This document shows, one piece after another, positions 31,019-32,000 of a stretch of DNA of 32,000 nucleotides. Under the pieces are notes generated by a model. The model saw nothing but the letters and a program-made list of their open reading frames with translations, was not told the DNA's origin and made no database searches. The stretch is from Candidatus Saccharimonadota bacterium (GTDB lineage Archaea > Nanobdellota > Nanobdellia > Pacearchaeales > GW2011-AR1), in assembly GCA_017609205.1 (NCBI GenBank), contig JAFCEL010000001.1, positions 1 through 32,000 of the forward strand, written 5' to 3'. The position numbers and the translations under genes are program-made. Numbering within the stretch: position 1 is the stretch's first letter; every line of letters begins with the position of its first letter.

Positions 31019-32000
31019 ATGGGCGAAACACCAATAACAAAGTTAATGAAACAACAGGATAGAATCAGGAATATAGCAATTGCTGCGCATATTGACCATG
31101 GTAAAACTACTTTTTCTGATAATCTTCTTGCAGGAGCAGGTATGCTCTCAGAAGAAACTGCTGGAAAACAGAGGGCACTTGATTTTCATGAGGATGAAGC
31201 TTCACGAGGAATCACGATTGATTCAGCTTCGGTATCGATGATTCATGGGGTTGGAGGAGAAGATTATCTTATTAATTTAATTGATACTCCAGGACATGTT
31301 GATTTTGGGGGGGATGTTACCCGTGCAATGCGTGCTGTTGATGGATGTATTATTTTAACTTGTGCTGTTGAGGGTGTTATGCCTCAGACAGAAACAGTTG
31401 TAAGGCAGGCATTAAAAGAATTAGTTAAGCCGGTTCTATTTATTAATAAAGTTGATAGGCTAATCAAAGAGGTTAAGCTTACACCAGAAGCAATGCAACA
31501 AAGATTCATTAAGATAATCGACCATGTTAATGAGTTAATTGAGAATATTGCTCCTGAAGGCTATAAGCAGAAATGGAAGGTTGGTGTTGGTGAGGGAACT
31601 GTTGCTTTTGGAAGCGCGTTTCACAATTGGGCTTTGAGTTTTCCATATATGAAAGAAAAAGGAATTACTTTTAAGGATGTCATTAATGCTTATGAAAATG
31701 ATAATTATAAAGAGTTGGCTAAGAAAGCTCCGTTGCATGAAGTTGTTCTAGATATGTCAATAAAGCATCATCCAAATCCTGTTGATGCACAAAAATATAG
31801 AATTCCGAAGATATGGCATGGTGATCTTGATTCTGAAGTAGGAAGAGCATTGATTAATTGTGATCAGAAAGGAGAACCGGTTTTTGTTCCGATTAAGATT
31901 GTTGTTGATAAGCATGCAGGAGAAGTTGCATGTGGGAGGTTGTTTTCAGGAACAATGAAGCAAGGTGATGAGGTTTATATGAATCTTGCAAAAAGAAGAA
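31019..32000 (+). CDS. fusA: Elongation factor 2 (aEF-2), N-terminal ~327 aa; continues beyond the window
   Basis: My own translation from the ATG at 31019: [37 protein letters not shown]...[12 protein letters not shown]...NKVDRL. The ORF is open to the window end and is absent from the track because it is open-ended. Confidence 0.92.
   Translation, partial: MGETPITKLMKQQDRIRNIAIAAHIDHGKTTFSDNLLAGAGMLSEETAGKQRALDFHEDEASRGITIDSASVSMIHGVGGEDYLINLIDTPGHVDFGGDVTRAMRAVDGCIILTCAVEGVMPQTETVVRQALKELVKPVLFINKVDRLIKEVKLTPEAMQQRFIKIIDHVNELIENIAPEGYKQKWKVGVGEGTVAFGSAFHNWALSFPYMKEKGITFKDVINAYENDNYKELAKKAPLHEVVLDMSIKHHPNPVDAQKYRIPKIWHGDLDSEVGRALINCDQKGEPVFVPIKIVVDKHAGEVACGRLFSGTMKQGDEVYMNLAKRR

Noticed and set aside
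1-32000. CRISPR arrays, cas genes, transposases, integrases, IS elements, rRNA genes
   Set aside because: Reading both strands revealed no regularly spaced repeat arrays and no recognisable transposase, integrase or Cas motifs. The only repeats found are the 23-bp pair and short palindromes reported elsewhere.

Overview
AT-rich archaeal chromosomal segment. The taxon is inferred from gene content: aIF5B, rpoH-rpoB-rpoA-nusA-rps12-rps7-EF2 order, an archaeal-type Thr/Lys tRNA structure, a PEF-CTERM-like sorting signal, and TATA-like TTTAAA boxes 20-30 nt upstream of start codons. The compact, fused genes suggest a small-genome, possibly DPANN-like lineage, but that is inference only.

Housekeeping content:
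- aIF5B, a minimal MGMT, and a truncated Dph2.
- A dTMP-synthesis cluster: kinase-dCMP deaminase fusion, Tmk, ThyA.
- A CcdA plus membrane-anchored thioredoxin-like pair.
- An RRM protein, a PC4-like protein, uS10, a CPA2/RCK antiporter, and SerRS.
- The RNA polymerase / str operon, running into a partial EF-2.

Between serS and tRNA-Lys(UUU) lies a more AT-rich accessory stretch, about 13.8-21.9 kb. It contains:
- Cysteine-rich surface proteins.
- The most interesting feature: a radical SAM/SPASM - PqqD-like/GNAT fusion - SAM methyltransferase operon bracketed by two small acidic, Cys-containing peptide ORFs. One of these (57 aa) is below the ORF-track cutoff. This looks like an uncharacterised archaeal RiPP-type peptide-modification system.
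- Decayed genes next to the operon: a frameshifted NUDIX gene and a C-terminal remnant of a SagB-type dehydrogenase.
- A 23-bp perfect direct repeat, a putative RHH regulator with a palindromic operator, and an HExxH protein.

Other notable points:
- A single unsplit 1166-aa RpoA (A' and A'' fused).
- An orphan ORF wedged between rps12 and rps7.
- No rpl30e in the operon.
- A 142-nt overlap or frameshift joining a pilin-like membrane protein to a 509-aa modular Cys-rich protein.

All functional calls come from motif recognition by eye. No database searches were run.
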